DNA from: Octopus sinensis
Taxonomy: Eukaryota
Assembly (NCBI RefSeq): GCF_006345805.1
Contig: NC_043004.1
Coordinates: 72,106,001-72,170,000, forward strand
Length of the DNA stretch: 64,000 nt
Direction of reading: 5' to 3'
This document shows, in pieces, positions 41,060 to 56,058 of this stretch. The translations under genes and the position numbers were made by a program. The notes below the pieces were generated by a model, which did not search any database, was not told the DNA's origin, and saw only the letters and a program-made list of their open reading frames with translations. Positions within the stretch are counted from its first letter, which is position 1, and each line of letters opens with the position of its first letter.

Positions 41060-42316
41060 TATTAATTCTTAAAAGAATAAGTTGTGTGCTATACCACGAA
41101 CATAATCAATAATATTTTGTGGATCAAAATTTTGAGCAAGATTTTAAATTCGTTTTGCAGTATCACGACAGCGCTTCTTTGAAGGTTCTGGTTCCATTCC
41201 AGCAATATACTGCTCAATCCAAATCACGCTTAGACTTTGTTCTTTTTGTAAAAAGTTAATAAATTTCCAGATGCGCGGATGATGAAACTCAACTTGGGTT
41301 TCGAAAGCCCGATGCCAACCTTCGACAGACATATTTGTTTTGTGAAAATCATCAAGCAACTGTTAAATACATGTTCCCCATAGTTAGTGGGAAGGGAGGT
41401 GGGCGTTATGCATTCATTCTGTTGGGTCTTCCAATTCATATATCTTTGAAATAATTAATGATTTCCCGTGTTTCATCAGGGAAGGTGTTGTTATCACATA
41501 ATAACTCAAATGCTCTTGTTATTGTGCCTGCTGGAACAAATGCTAATGTTGGTAGGATCCTCATCGCTAAAGCAAAATTCATGTATGTTTCATAGTTTCG
41601 TTTTAAATCATTACTTTGAATTACACGAAATATACCTTGGCTGAAGTGGAAAAACAACCGTTCTGTTCTGCACTTGGAAATTCTTTCAAAACTGCTTTCA
41701 TCATCGCTTTCTCAAAATCGATCGTTATCGACAATGGCACACATGATGGTTCAAGTTTCTTTGTTTCGTGCAAAACCGTTTATCTGTTTCTTCTACTCTG
41801 TCCGACAATACCGCGAGCGGCAGTGAAGCTTTCTCTTTTAATCAATGCAGGGAATATAACTGGTGAAATAAAAAAAAAAGCTGTTTTAAATATGCCGTCA
41901 GCATACCAGTGACTGCATAATGATAAACACTGTAAATTACGTCTTATTGCAAATATCACAATTCACTTTTCAACTGGTCCTGAGTCATAAAGCAGAAATT
42001 GATCACCTTTAAACGATTTAATAAGTTCAGGTGGGAAGACTATTTCACTGCAAGTTGATGGTAGGGCCGGTCCAGTAAGGGTTTGTTGCCTTATAGTCCT
42101 TATTGTTCGCTTAATACTTTGTATGTTTGGTAGTTTGGAGGCAACAGCTTGATCGCAGTCATCGAGAATACTAGATATAACTGAATGGGGTGCATATTGT
42201 GTTGACTTACCCAGTTGACGTATTTTTGAAATGGCGTCTTTTGCTGCATTTTCAGCGCCATCCGATATACGATTATGCTCCTTGGAAGATTTCACAATTT
42301 CATCCTTTACAGTCAT
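41060..42316 (-). mobile_element. Degraded Mutator-like (MULE) transposase
   Basis: EHN, LPNIQSIKRTIR, FLLYDSG, WYADGIFK, DFEKA, CFFHFSQ, TNMSVEGWHRAF. Confidence 0.8.
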
Positions 42317-43445
42317 TATGCGACCACGGCATTTTGGTTATTTTTCGCTGGTGGTTTGTAGAGTACAGCATTATTTAGAACTTTCCATCTAATTTTATAA
42401 GTTTTATTACTATCTTTTATCTTCCAGATCATTTTGCTAAGGCCTGTGCTATTGCATTTATTGATATTTCGAAAAGAGACTTCATGGTTCCCGATACGAT
42501 ATTTCACGTAACACGTTGTTGCTCCAACATAATAGAAATACTTACTTCAACTTCAACTGTGGTTTGATATACTTGGCTTTTGCTTTTTCATTAATTGCTA
42601 AATTTACAATTTGCCTTAACTCTACAGTCACATAAAACATTTAGGTCATTATTGCATGTGTCGGATTTGTGTTCCCATTTCGTCTAGGTGTCAGTTTTAG
42701 TATCATTTGTGTTTCTAGTGGGAGGGGCAATGTCTCTATTTGTGTAATACTCATCAAGTTTAATATTACTGGAAGATGATATATGTCTAAATAAGATTTT
42801 AGTTATAGAACATCCGATCCTTATTAATTATTGTTAGTTATCGTACTATATTTACTAGAAGTCGAATATTTATCTATTATAGAATGGATTACTCTGATGC
42901 GGATTATCTTTATTGATTTGCCATAAGGTAAGATAAGCCAAATTATACTATTATTATTATTATTATTATTATTATCATTATTATTATCAATATTATTATT
43001 ATTGTTGTTGTTGTTGTTATAATTATAACTATTGGAATAATTGTTTGTATTCTATTGTTATGCTTAATAATTCTAGTTATAGGTTCATTTTTATCTAAAG
43101 ATAATTTATCATTTATCTGGTTGGCTGTCTGGGAGTTATCATTATTTTCAAATTTAATATTTTTCTGTATACCATACCTTTGTTAATGCTGAGTTAATAA
43201 TAGTCCTTATTAATATTAAAGGTATTTTTATTAGATGAGAGGTAAGTAATTCTACGTTGAATATTTAAAACTAAATATTTAGTTATTGTTTGGGGATGAT
43301 TACTATCATAATTAATATATGTTAACTTTGAATTAGGTTTGGGATATGGTGCATGGTTGCCTGTGAGTAGGTTATGGTTGACATCTAACAGGTTTACGGA
43401 ACTATGTTCGTTTTCTACAGAAATTTTCAAGAATTTGTGAAATTT
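42316..43445 (-). mobile_element. Degraded Penelope fragment
   Basis: VNLLDV, YINYDSNHP, YYVGAT, IWKIKD. Confidence 0.6.
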
Positions 43446-43497
43446 CTTCTAATTTTCTAATTTGTATATATTTGTGAATTCTTGAAATTTTCCAATT

Positions 43498-43554
<57 letters not shown>

Positions 43555-44470
43555 TGATATCTGATATGATATACGAACGGGTTTCGCAAAATGCCTGATT
43601 GGATGTCCAAACTTCCGACATTTTTACAGGGCTTAGAAAAAATGATGGACCACTGCAATAAGTGTATGAATCTGTTGAGTAAAATAGTAATTACTTGGTT
43701 CTCCTGTATTTTCTCTTACCCAAACCTAGCAACTTTTCAGCATCCCCTCATGTGGACATGTTTGTGGAGGTACCTGGCTTAGTAGTTAGGTTTGTTGCAC
43801 ACATGATCGTAGGAGTATAATGTGTGCAACACACCCAACTACTTTTTTGGAACTTTTAAAATTTCAAAACCTTTAAATCTTTATAAACTTTTCTTCAAGG
43901 TTTCTTGAAATGTGTGAAGTTTATTAAACTTTTTAATTTTTTCTTCAAACAGTTGTTTCTTTCAGCGGTATTTTGTGATTTCTTTAATACAAAATACTGA
44001 AAGGAACTTTTCACATTTTCTTGTTTCGTTCTTAATTGATTTTAACTTCTTTTAGCTTCTTTTGAATTCCCTTAATTTATTCAGTTACAGAATTTCCTCA
44101 TCATCCCATAACTTCCTAACCTCTCCTACTATCTTGCTATCTTGTTGCCTCTATCTTGTTGCCTCTTTATACTATATCATAAAACTGATCCTTCGACGGA
44201 CCAGCATCTTGTCAGGGGTTGGGGAATAAGAATATTTGTGTGTGTATGAGGAATGTTGAGGAATCAGGAGGTATATCTTTTCAGAATTCAGAATGTAGAT
44301 TCTCGGGTCGGAGAATGTTTATGATTTTATATTTCTTTTCTGTGTTCTATGGTTTGAATGTTTTTCTCTTTGATATTAGCTATTTTTGTTTTGTAGAAAT
44401 ATTTTTTAATTCCTGTAATCGCTCATCCAGCAAAGTGCAGACCCGCTTTGCCATGTTAAATAGTACGTTT

Positions 44471-44545
<75 letters not shown>

Positions 44546-44999
44546 ATGTGTGTGCATGAAAGAACGAAAATTCAAGTTTTCATGCATGGCTATTGGTGGA
44601 TAGAAAAGATATGGTTATCTTCTTTTAACCTTTGATAATATGTGTGTCCAAAAATGGCAGTTTTTGTGTGCTATTCTGTTGTAAATTTCGCGAAGTATCG
44701 AGCCTATTTAAGAGGAATGGAAAATTCCTAGGCCTTTTTGATTTTTGTTCCAAAAGATGAAACATTCATCAAAATTTCATTCCTAGTTGTCATCCATGTA
44801 AATGGAGAATTTGGATCAAATCCAATGTTAAGAATTGGGTATCTTTTCAAACTGTATGAGCAGAATCACTTCACGTGTTTTTTTTTTGTTTCTTTTTTGT
44901 TCTTGTTTCTATAAAGCGAAGGTTATGTATTTCTACCCCATACAGTTTAAAATGATAACCAATTGTTAATATTGTATTTGACCCAGATGCTTGGAATTA

Positions 45000-45500
45000 T
45001 GAATTCATCATTATCATTGTTCGACCGTGGTCGAGACAATGGAATTTACCATGCTACGCCAGACTTCACGGTCCATCATAGCATTACGGAGGTCCTGTTG
45101 CTGGATGCCTGTATCCCTCGAGATTACATCAGAGTAGGAGAGTGTGCGCCCTCCGGTATTGCGAGTTGAAGTCTTCCAGAGGAGAAGAGTAGAAATTGCC
45201 TCGTTTTCAGCTCTACAACAATGTCCAGCAAACTGGACTCTCATACCTTTCACAAGAGATGACACAGGTGGTAGTTTCCCATATATTTGCATTTAGGTTG
45301 GATGACGCTTCCAGGAGAGATTTTGAGCTCTCATAAGGAGGCGAGTGTAGGTTCCATCCAACCACCTCTCAAGCTTCTTTGATAACGTCCAGGTTTCTGA
45401 GCCATATAGTAGAATTGGTTCGACTGTAGCTTTGAAAATTTCAAGTTTGAAGTCTCTACTTAGATTTGATGACCAGATCTTATGCATGTCATTACAGGCT
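45000..45500 (-). mobile_element. RTE LINE 3' end
   Basis: ATVEPILLYGSETW, FAGHC, AMMDREVWR; (GAT)n-like tail. Confidence 0.85.
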
Positions 45501-45676
45501 GATGGTTTCTGATTACATTATGAATTACTTAGGGACCAGAATCGAAATATGTACATTTTTCAATTTCTTTTGTACATGATTAAAATGTATTTCTTTCTGA
45601 AATTTAACTTCAAACTGTGATACAAATAAATTAACTATACATCCACAACTCTCCATTTCCTTACCTAATTAATATA

Positions 45677-46075
45677 TCTATAATATAAATTGGACACAGG
45701 CGATCGTTGTCTTGAGGTTCACAGCCAAACGGCTGGGTGGCTTTGCGTGAGAAATATCACACATATGTAGACGAGTGCATAGATCGGAATGCGGTTTGTA
45801 TTTTTTTCTAGCACCCATAGTTACCGAGAAAATCGATTAAAACTTTCTAATGAAATTCCCCCAGACTACGTACAAATTCGTTCTTCACAACTCCTGAAGC
45901 TGTTTTCTGACAGGGGTGGGGGGAGTCAGGAAATTTTCATGCAGCTCGAGGCTTCAATCGAAACAGGGGACCCGAAATGTTAGGGTTGAGAAACACTTAT
46001 AGATTATGCCTAACCGAAAAACGATCACAGCCACATCATCCAAACAGACCGGGTGAAATCAGGCTTAGCTGCTAG
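45677..46075 (+). mobile_element. Non-autonomous Helitron-like element
   Basis: aTCtataatataaa start; degenerate 3' hairpin followed by CTAGt. Confidence 0.5.
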
Positions 46076-46795
46076 TATATATATACATACATACGAACAT
46101 ACTCACACACGCGCACACATATATATGTATACATATACATATACATACGTACATACATACATACATACATACATACATACATACATACATACATACATAC
46201 ATACATACATAAAGAAACTGGAATAAAAAAAGTATATGTATTTAAAAGAAGTTACAAGTTGAAACAAGAAATATCTTTGTAGTCTTACAGACGCTGAGAC
46301 ATTAAGTTGTCGATAAATTTAAAGCTAATGAAAAGGTAATATTTACGTCCGGTTGCTGAATACGAAACACAAATTAACATCGAGTCAAAAGATAATCATT
46401 GATGATCGATTTGTTATGAGTTTAGCTCATTTCTTCTTAACATACCGTCATAATAATTTTACACTGGTGAATGGTGATCTAGTTACCTTTCTGTACCTAA
46501 AACAATAGTTTTAATGCAATTTTCTAATGGAAACAGTACATATCAAACAAATATAATTAGTTTTGTTTTTTTTCATTACTTCAGACAAGAGACATTGGCG
46601 ACAAAAATGTTTTCCATTTAGATCGTCGTCATAAAAATCTATATTTTCTGTGTTTGTATCCATATCAGAAATTTTATATATATATGCGTGTGCGTGCGTG
46701 TGTGTGTGTGTGTGTGTGCATGTGTTGTGTGCGTGCGTGTTTGTATGTGCATGGGTGTGTATTTGCGTGTGTGGAGTGTATATATATATATATAT

Positions 46796-46850
<55 letters not shown>

Positions 46851-47329
46851 TAGATATAGACATATATATAAAAGGGGTTTGTATGTTTGTGAATAGAGGG
46901 ATATATATTATTCAAAGGAATTCCAACTCTGTTTTTTTATGTTTTATTTATATTCTTTGTAATATTAATGTAGAATATAGAATATATAGTATAAATAATA
47001 TATATAGTAAAATGAAATGAAGTATTGATTGTCTTATTGAATAGATGAAATATTGAATATCAAATATTAAGGGACTAGTATACTTTCTTGCATTTAAACA
47101 GTCGTCAAGATCCCGGGTTGTGACAGGAATGTTTCAACCGTACTTGACTGGCTGTCCTTTATATACGTTCCTGTGGACAGCAGTAGTAGTTGTTTGGCTA
47201 TTTTTAGAGATGATGCCAAACTATTTTTCAATGTTTATTTTTAGAAATGATGACAGCAGTACTTTTTAGAAATTTTTTGTGTTTTAGTTATAGGGATAAG
47301 ATTTTTAAACACCAAATAAGATTAATTTA

Positions 47330-48070
47330 ATCATTGTTTGTTAAGCTAGGGTTTGAATTTCTTAATAAAGTTCTTTTCTCTCAGTTTTCTCGCAATTCCA
47401 TTCAAGTTGTAAAGTTTATGAAATGGGAATATCATAAAAGTTTTCCGACCGCATGGTTGCCAGATGGGTTGCTCGGCGGTATTTGGTGGACTTCTGGGTT
47501 CTTAATTTGTTGTCAATGCACACGCGAGCGTTCTGATAGTGCGTCTGGCCAACATACAGTTCTTCACAGTAGATTAAATTTCTGCTTTTACAGTTCATGT
47601 TCACGTTTGTGAATATTTTCCCTTGTTTTTGTGTTCATATATGGGCCAGTATGAATTAATTGGCATGTATTGCATTGGCTATCATTGCATTTAGACACAG
47701 TGAATGGCTGATCTTTGTTGCTAAGATCAAACCTTGCCTTTGTTAATAAATTTTTCAAGCTTTTAGGCTGTCTTTTACTGTGAGTTAAAGTTTGATCTGT
47801 AATGATATTTCTCAATTCTTTACTTTGTGCAATGATTGATATGTTTGCTTTAGCGATATTGAAGATGTTCTGGTGGCATGAAGTGTGTGTCACTATAAAT
47901 GGTATGATTTGTTTTTGTTTTTCTCTTCTTTGTGGTGTCCTCAGTTGTTCTATGGGTATTTTCATAGCCCGCTGAATACTATTTTCTATAATAGGGACGA
48001 GTATTTTTGTTTGAGCAGAAATTCTTTCAGTTCCATCAGGTGCTGATTTCTGGTCTTTAGATCCTCTACA
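47330..48070 (-). mobile_element. Penelope 3' fragment (GIY-YIG)
   Basis: [42 protein letters not shown]. Confidence 0.75.
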
Positions 48071-48086
48071 ATATATATATATATAC

Positions 48087-48121
<35 letters not shown>

Positions 48122-48122
48122 C

Positions 48123-48173
<51 letters not shown>

Positions 48174-51100
48174 CATACATATATACATGCGTGTGTATAC
48201 ATACATATATATATATATATATTGTATTTCGGGACGGTCATTTTTTGCCAAATAAACACACGCTCTCTATATTTTTTCTTCACTCGTTTATTACTGTTCT
48301 TATTTTATTATTTTAACTCATGCCTATTGTCTTACATCTGTGATCTCTGCAGTGAAATGTTTCATTTTCGTGTGTATTCTTGTCCACTTACTCCATTCTG
48401 TTCTTCCAAGATGTGTGCTTGTATGTGCCTATGCGTTTGTATCCTTGTTCGTGTGTGTTCGCGCGTGTGTGTGTATGTGTGTGCATGCTTCTGTGTGTTT
48501 CATAGCTTTTAACGGCAGTGTGGCCTTCCCCTCAGCCTTGTCCTCTCACCCCATTTTGCTGCAGCAAAAAAAATGGTACCAAAAAAAATGGTACACATCC
48601 TGTATCCCTATGTCTCAGCCTCCGCCATTGCCACCATGACAGATGATATTGTTGTTGTTGCTGTTGCTGTTGTTCTTGTAGTTCTTGTTATTCTTATTGT
48701 TACTGCCATCGTAGGCACTGCCGCAGCTGCTGACCGAGTTAGTTGCAGTTTCATGTGTTTGGGTGTGTGTTTGGGTGTGTGTTTGGGTGTGTATGGGTTC
48801 GCTTCGTATGTATCCATGCCATTTACATAGTTTTATGTATGTTATCCATCTGTCTTACATTTATCACAGGTATGTGACAGATATATTTATATATTTATCT
48901 TTTTCTACATTTATTTATTTCCTTTTATACATCTATCTTTATTTCTCATACGTAACACAGGTAAGTGCATATATGACTATTGTGTGTGTATTACCAAGTC
49001 TGTTTCTGTGTATTATTTACAGTATTTCTCCTCTCTCTTCACATCACTATTGTCTTTAGTCATGTGGCGTGATGTGATGTGGTGTGGTGGTGGATGGTAC
49101 TCTTCCATTCGTATTATCTATTGAGGCTCAGCCTGTCTACTGTTATATGTATAGCCTCTGTAACATGTCTAAGTGTCGTGTCAGTTCTATGTGTCTATAG
49201 TATTTTAACCTTTATGGTATTAATAATCGAGCCTCCGTGTTCTGCCTGAGCATTCTAGCAGAGCACTAACGAGCTTTTCCCTTCTTTGAACTGTCGCTAA
49301 TTCTTACCTATACGCTCTTCTATACTACGTGCAATCACACCAATGTAGGTAGTTGTCATTTTTCTGTACCGCCCCTTAGTACATCGTAAGCTATGCACTA
49401 CATTCCTAATCTTACTATTAACCTGTGGGTCCTTCCTACATACAACATAACTGCATTCCATATAGGGGTCTTATCAAAGGGATAGGTATTGCAGATCAGG
49501 GATTTTATCTATGTATTTCACACAACATCATAGAGTGTTTTTGTATATTTTCCTGTCAATTGCAAGCACAAACCTAATCGAAAACCTCAACAATATCATT
49601 TCAAGAGGTCTGATACATCATCAAATAAAGAATTCCTTTAAGCACGAGAAGCTAGAAGTTTTTAACATAAATACCCACACATCTCTTACTACATTCTGCC
49701 ATCCAATATGAAGAATGACACTGCAATATCTATTTCCCAAATATGGTAAGTACCAAAGCACGCAAACTAACCACTTTAACAAAGGCTAAATGCACTTTCA
49801 GAAACAAAGATCCATGTTGATTCAGCCATTAATGTAACGCCGAGAAGCAATGTATTTTGGACAGATGGCTCTTCTGACAAACCTATCTTTTATACATAAC
49901 ATAATTATAATATATGTATGGTGAATGTTACATACAAGCTATGTTATCACAATCATGCACCTCTTCCTTCTGACAGAAGAAAGAAGAATATGGTAACATC
50001 GTTATCTGTTTGGATTTGGAATTTAAAAATATCCTGCTGTTTCTTTCCGTATCAAATGGAAGATCCTGCAGGGGTGCAGACAATATATAAATAGATGAGA
50101 GATAAGCGTAGCTCAGGGGAGTTCCATACAGAAAAATGTTAACAATTACGAAATTACCTAAACGATCAGAAATCATTAAGAGATGTTTTCACTATGATAA
50201 ATACCTTCTATAGTTCTGGCTGATCACGCCACCATTAAATAGAACAATTTCACTTATTTCTTTTATCTCACGTCCACACAATTTATATTTATCTATATAA
50301 ACGCCAGTACGGATTCGTAAATCTTTATATCTCACCACCCAATTTTTAATCCTTAATTGACATCCCATACTCACAATTTGCTATTTTTATAACTCTTGTA
50401 TTTTACACATTTTATGTAGTTATGTTTTATTTTTTATTATTGTTTCTTTTTTTTTTTTTGGCTTAGTTATCATTTTCATTTTTCTACATTGTACATTTTT
50501 TCACCGGAGAAAATATTTCTGTATTAAAAATTGAGGCCCATAAAATTCTCTTTTATATGAAATATAAAACCCACACCTTTAACACATCCAAACTTTTATC
50601 AGCACGCTGTAAATAAGAGGGCAGAATATATATATGTAATGATATTTTTACTAGAAATTTTCATAAAAGCATAAGGTTACCTGCAGATTAATATAATATA
50701 ATTATCAACATACAATAATTAATAAATTCGTCGTGACTCTGCTTTATGAGAGAGTCTGTAATACAGAAGAATGCCCTGGTCGTTACCCAAATTTATATCT
50801 CACTTCACGGTACAATTTAGGCTTTAATATATGAAGAATTTTGGAATTTTCTCCCTTACATCTCTGACTACGGGAGTGACATTAATGCGACTGGTTCGTC
50901 TTTTAATTACGGGTGCAGTTTCAATTTATAAAATGTCATTTCTAGTATGTTAATCTACACCCAAGTGTATTGAAACGTAATTATCTAGTTGGGTTCGGAA
51001 CTTTCATACACCATACCTGGCAATGTATAACTCAAAACTCTAAGCAGTTGCTGAAAGAATTAGAAATTACAACCAAATCTTAGTCATATCGCACTTCACG

Positions 51101-51708
51101 ACTTTAGAACACATCCGGATACTTTGGTTTATTGAACATTATCTGCAGTGTTCAATAATGTCTGCGATTTCTGGAATATAAAACGTTACTCAGTCCGGGC
51201 TCCAACCAGCCTGTTGTTAAACCACAATAACAAAAACACTAGACTTCCAAGATTCTAAGCTGTCTTCTGATACAATGGCATACATTTCTCTGAATTTGCT
51301 AATTGTACCTAATCTCATATTTCAGCTGATCGTCATTACGAACACATTTTATAGTTTTGACTCTGCAGTATTTTTTCATATCTTTTTTCCAAGTAGCGAC
51401 ATGTTTAGACGATTTAAGAGAGTATGAACATGCCTCAAACCAACCTTAATGTATAGCTTAGGCACCTCTATAGATCGAAGCTATATCAAAGTGTATGTAG
51501 TCTTGACCAGATCCTAACGCAAAAGTCAGAGTAAAGAATATTGTAAAGAGGTTTGTTCCCAAATTGGAATAGTAATTTGAGACGTCCATGCTTTTCTCGG
51601 AGAAGGTTATAGATGTTTACACAAATCCAAAATACAAGCTTAATCAGCTTCATTTCATGAAAATTCTAACCACTTACAATAATCTCTTATCATTGGCCAC
51701 TCCCCTTT

Positions 51709-54700
51709 GTTCCCCAACCTGAATTGAGGAGAGTAGATTCAAACCTACCTGAAGACCGTTGTTCTCCCAAAAAGAACAAACGTAGTCAAAACTCCAGTGG
51801 GGCAGATTTAGCTGCGAAACCTGCTCAAGATAAAATCTGTTTGGATTCTCCCTCATTTGTCCTTCCCATCAATGCCATTGCTCAACCATTTCTGAATGAT
51901 CTTGATGTGAGTTCATCTGGGGAGTGGTGCCCCTCCAAAACGAAGAAGAGGCAGTGCAGTTCCAAACCAGGCGGGAAAGTTATGACCACTAAACCCATTC
52001 CGATCGACCCCAAAGGCCTACATAAGTCTGATGGCTACGAAACCGCCCTTTCTTAATTATCCGATGAAGAATCGAATGCCGCAGTTCACAGTAGTGAACA
52101 GAAAGACCATTTTGCCCACTCAAGATCAGCAATCATTTATGGTAAAGCTGAATCCACCTGTGATACAGGCATAAACCGCCTAAAAGATGACATAAATTTT
52201 GTTTCCGTTTTAGTTGGAAAATGTTCTCTGTCAACGAAAATGTCAGTATCCATAAGGTCGCTCGGCCAGGAAGATTCCAAGTGAACTCAACCTCAGACAC
52301 TAGACCACGCCCAATAAGAGTAATCTTTTCTTCCGATCAGGAGGCTTCAACCTTTTTGAACAGAGCTCAGAAGCATGCCTGGGAGGACCCCAATATGGGT
52401 TTTCGCGAGGAATACTCACTGAGAGAGAGAATTCGCCGGAGAAACCTAATATCCGAACTGAAGATGAGAAAACAGATGGGAGAGAAGGGTTTACGCATCC
52501 AAGATGGACAAATAATCAAGTCCTACCTCTGGTCGCATGCTGTAGTGCTGACAGGGAAAGTGAATCGTGGGTGAATCGAAGTAAAGTAGACACCCCCGAC
52601 AACGATGCTATCTCTGATACCCCTTATTCTGTTTGTTCTCTAATTCCCGCCCCTCAAACTTCACAGCTCAGCATCGTCTATACCAACTAGTGCTCCTTAT
52701 TTCCAAAGTTCAGCGAATTATTTACACTGGCCATGCGTGATTCCCCAGATGTGATAGCTATCACCGAGACTTTGGCTGACTCCAGCCGTAAAGAACTCGG
52801 AAATCCACCTACAGGGCTACGCCCTATTCAGATGTGACAGAGAAAAAAAGCGAGGTGGAGGTGTTGCTGTGTATGTTAAATCTGATCTCAAACCGTCCAG
52901 CGGTATTCTACCCACTAATGCTCAACCTACAACACAATAATTCGATGCCGTCTATTGCAAGCGGAGCCTATCCGGGTTTTGCTTGCCCGTGTTAGCTGTC
53001 TACAGGCCGCCTCTTGCCGACCCCCAGGACGATGCTCATTTACTCGAAGCGATAAGATTCGTTTCAGCTTCTCATGACTGTTTGATATTAGGAGACTTCA
53101 ACGCTCCTACGATCGACTGGCCCGCATCATTTTGTACATCAGCTTCCCTTTCGGCCAGGCTCTTCTTGACGTTGCTGAAGATTGTTATCTATCGCAACAT
53201 GTTGAATATCCGACAAGGCATTCTATGCTGGATCTGGTATTCTCCCGCTATCCAAGATCAGTGTCAGGTTTATCTGTGTGAGCCCCTCTTGCCAAGAGTG
53301 ATTACGCGGTCCTGAAGTTCGACATGCCCACGACTACTTCGGTGCCACGTAGAGTCTTCTCTGGAATCAATCTTGAAATTCTAACCGAGGCTTCCGCGCT
53401 TCTGGACTGGCGATCCATGATGACGATGTCCTCAGTTGACGAACTATGGTCGTCCCTCAAAGAATATGTAATCTGGTTGACTGACCAAGCAGTTCCCATT
53501 GGGCTTCCCAAGAAGAAGAAACACAAGCCGTGAGTAACGAAGAAGGTTAAACGAGAACTTCTACTCAGAGATATTGCTTGGGCTGAATTCAAAAATCTAG
53601 ATTCGACTGCAGCTTTTGAGGTGTACAAAACTCAACGAGACCGAGCCGTGAAAATTGAAAAGGAAGAACGCTTCAGATATGAATACAGAATTGCGGCAAA
53701 CGCCAGTCGCAATCCAAATCCTTCTTTGCCCATGTGCAACGGAATTCCCGCTTGAACAACCAAATTGCAACGTTGGTAGACTCAACAGGCGTATCGATTG
53801 AGGACCCTTATCAGCAGAGCCAGTTATTTGCCAAGGCTTTTTCAACAATTTTCAAACAAGATGATGGTCGTGAACCCCCTCCATTTGATAGATCGGTACC
53901 TCCAATGCCTAGTTTGGTCATCACTCGGGACGAAGTCGAACGCGTTATTCAAGGCCTCGATGTCAACAAGGGTCACGGCCCTGATGGCAAACACCCGCAT
54001 GTTATCAATGCGTTGGCTCCGATCATCTGCGAACCTTTAACAATTCTATTCAATATGTCATTGGCGACGGGTGTTATACCTGCGGACTGGAGAACAGCGA
54101 TAATATGCCCAATTTTCAAGAAAGGGAGCCGCGAAGACCCGCTTAACTACCGACCAGTTTCAATTACTTCAATAATCAACAAGATGTTCGAAACCATCCT
54201 TAAGAAAAGTATGTTGCTCCACCTCCAAAAACCAGCCTCTATCTCTGATTCCCAACACGGCTTCTTGCCGAAGAGATCATTGTTGACCAACTTACTGGTA
54301 ATGGAAGCATTGGTGACGCGTATCCTGGATGATGGGGATGCTGTTGACATCGTTTTATTGGACTTTGCCAAAGCTTTTGACTCGGTTAACCACCGCCTAT
54401 TACTTGTCAAGTTTCAAGCGTATAGTTCCATCCGGATATTGTACGATGGGTTGGTGCCTTCCTCTCAGATCGCTCCTTCAAAGTCCAAGTTAATGGTTCG
54501 CTGTCCGACGTCTCCAGTGCGACCAGTGGCGTGCCTCAAGGTTCAGTGCTTGGGCCCTTATTGTTTTTAGTCTTCATAAATGACTTGCCCGACGACCTCA
54601 CGCAACACACCCTTCTATTTGCCGATGATGTCAAACTGGTTGCTCCTCGCGGTGATATAGATGATCTTCGTCGATGCCTCCACCAAGTTTGGAGATGGTC

Positions 54701-55477
54701 TAACGAATGGGACCTGTGTCTGAACGTGTCAAAGTGTTGTCATCTGCCTGTTGGCTCTCCTCCTGCAACTCAACTTGATTTCGAGCCGGGTCGTCTGCTG
54801 CTGGAGAAGACCGACCAGGTAAAGGACCTGGGTATCTTGGTGGATTCTTCTATTTCGCCTTCGGCCCAGTGCGTCCATGCTGCCGACAAAGCACGCGAAG
54901 TTCTGTTTTTGATTCATAGCAGCCATATTCCTACCGCTCTATGTCACGCTGCTGAGACCCATATTGGAGTACGGGATTCAAGCCTCTTCTCCTTATCTCC
55001 TCAAAGACATACATCATCTTGAAAGAGTCCAGAAGCTGGCTACCCGCATGGTTCTTGGTCTCAAGTATTTGTCTTATGAAGAAGGGCTGAAGACGCTCGA
55101 CCTTTATTCTCTAGAAAAACGACGACGCCGTGGTGATCTCATTCTTGCTCACAACATCATAAGCGGAAAGTGTAACCTCTCGAAAGAGCTGTTCTTCACT
55201 CCTGCTCCAGAGCATAGACTGCGGGGTCACTCCGAAAAGCTCTATCTGCGACGATTTCATCTCAATCGAAGGAGAGGGTCTTTCTCCGTCCGGGTTGCGG
55301 ATCCCTGGAATAAGCTGCCGGACGAGATAGTGAAGATGCCGATGACCGCTCGGTTCAAAGTCTCTCTTGACCAGAAATGGCTTGAACTCTTTGCATGAAC
55401 GCCCTCCCTGTACATAACTCCACGTCCCCCTACATGGCCTTGCTTTTTGCTTTTTGAGCCAAAAAATTAACGTAACT
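51709..55477 (+). mobile_element. CR1/L2-group LINE (ORF1 remnant plus disrupted APE-RT ORF2) inserted upstream of gene B
   Basis: ORF1-like RPRPIRVIF; IAITET, YRPP, GDFNAP, GPDG, NYRPVS, QHGF, DFAKAFD, PQGSVLGP, FADD, RRRRGDLI motifs; (TAAC)n-like tail. Absent at the homologous site (about position 210) of copy A. Confidence 0.93.
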
Positions 55478-56045
55478 TAACAGCATTAATGATAAGTGGT
55501 CTAGTGCAAAATACAAACAAACTAAACAAACTGACAGCTATCAATATACTGCGAAGTTAAAATCCATTTCTTTTGTTCATCAAATGTGTAAATATATGTG
55601 ACTTGTTTCAAGCAGTTTATTTGCGTAGGTCGATGGATAGAAGTGGACATTGATTGGAAAACGAATCTTATGATATAATCGACAACTTACTTCTAATCTT
55701 TATCTCAAAACTCTCTGGGGAGAAAGAAAAAAAAACGTGTTCAAGCATAACGGCAAACCTCTAGCGTTAGTGGGAAGGTAATTTCAATTTGCTCACATAT
55801 CTTTACAAAGGTGGACAAGAATTGACGATATTGTTTTAAGGACATCTTTTTTGAAGGCAGTGTTAAATCAACTGGTTTCATCGACCTGTGTCAGAACGAC
55901 GATAAAATACTAAATAACCCCGTTTACCGAAACTGGAAAAAAACGAGAAGCATCAAGTGGCAGAAGATCTTCTTTCCAGTGAGACACCTCTGTTTCGGCG
56001 ATTTTCAAGTCAAAGTGAATATTACAAAGAAACTCTGTAACAGTC

Positions 56046-56058
56046 ATGAATCTTAAAG
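56046..56058 (+). CDS. Gene B (paralog of A) coding exon 1 (MNLK-G)
   Basis: gtcATGAATCTTAAAG|GTAAGA, homologous to 772-784. Confidence 0.75.
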
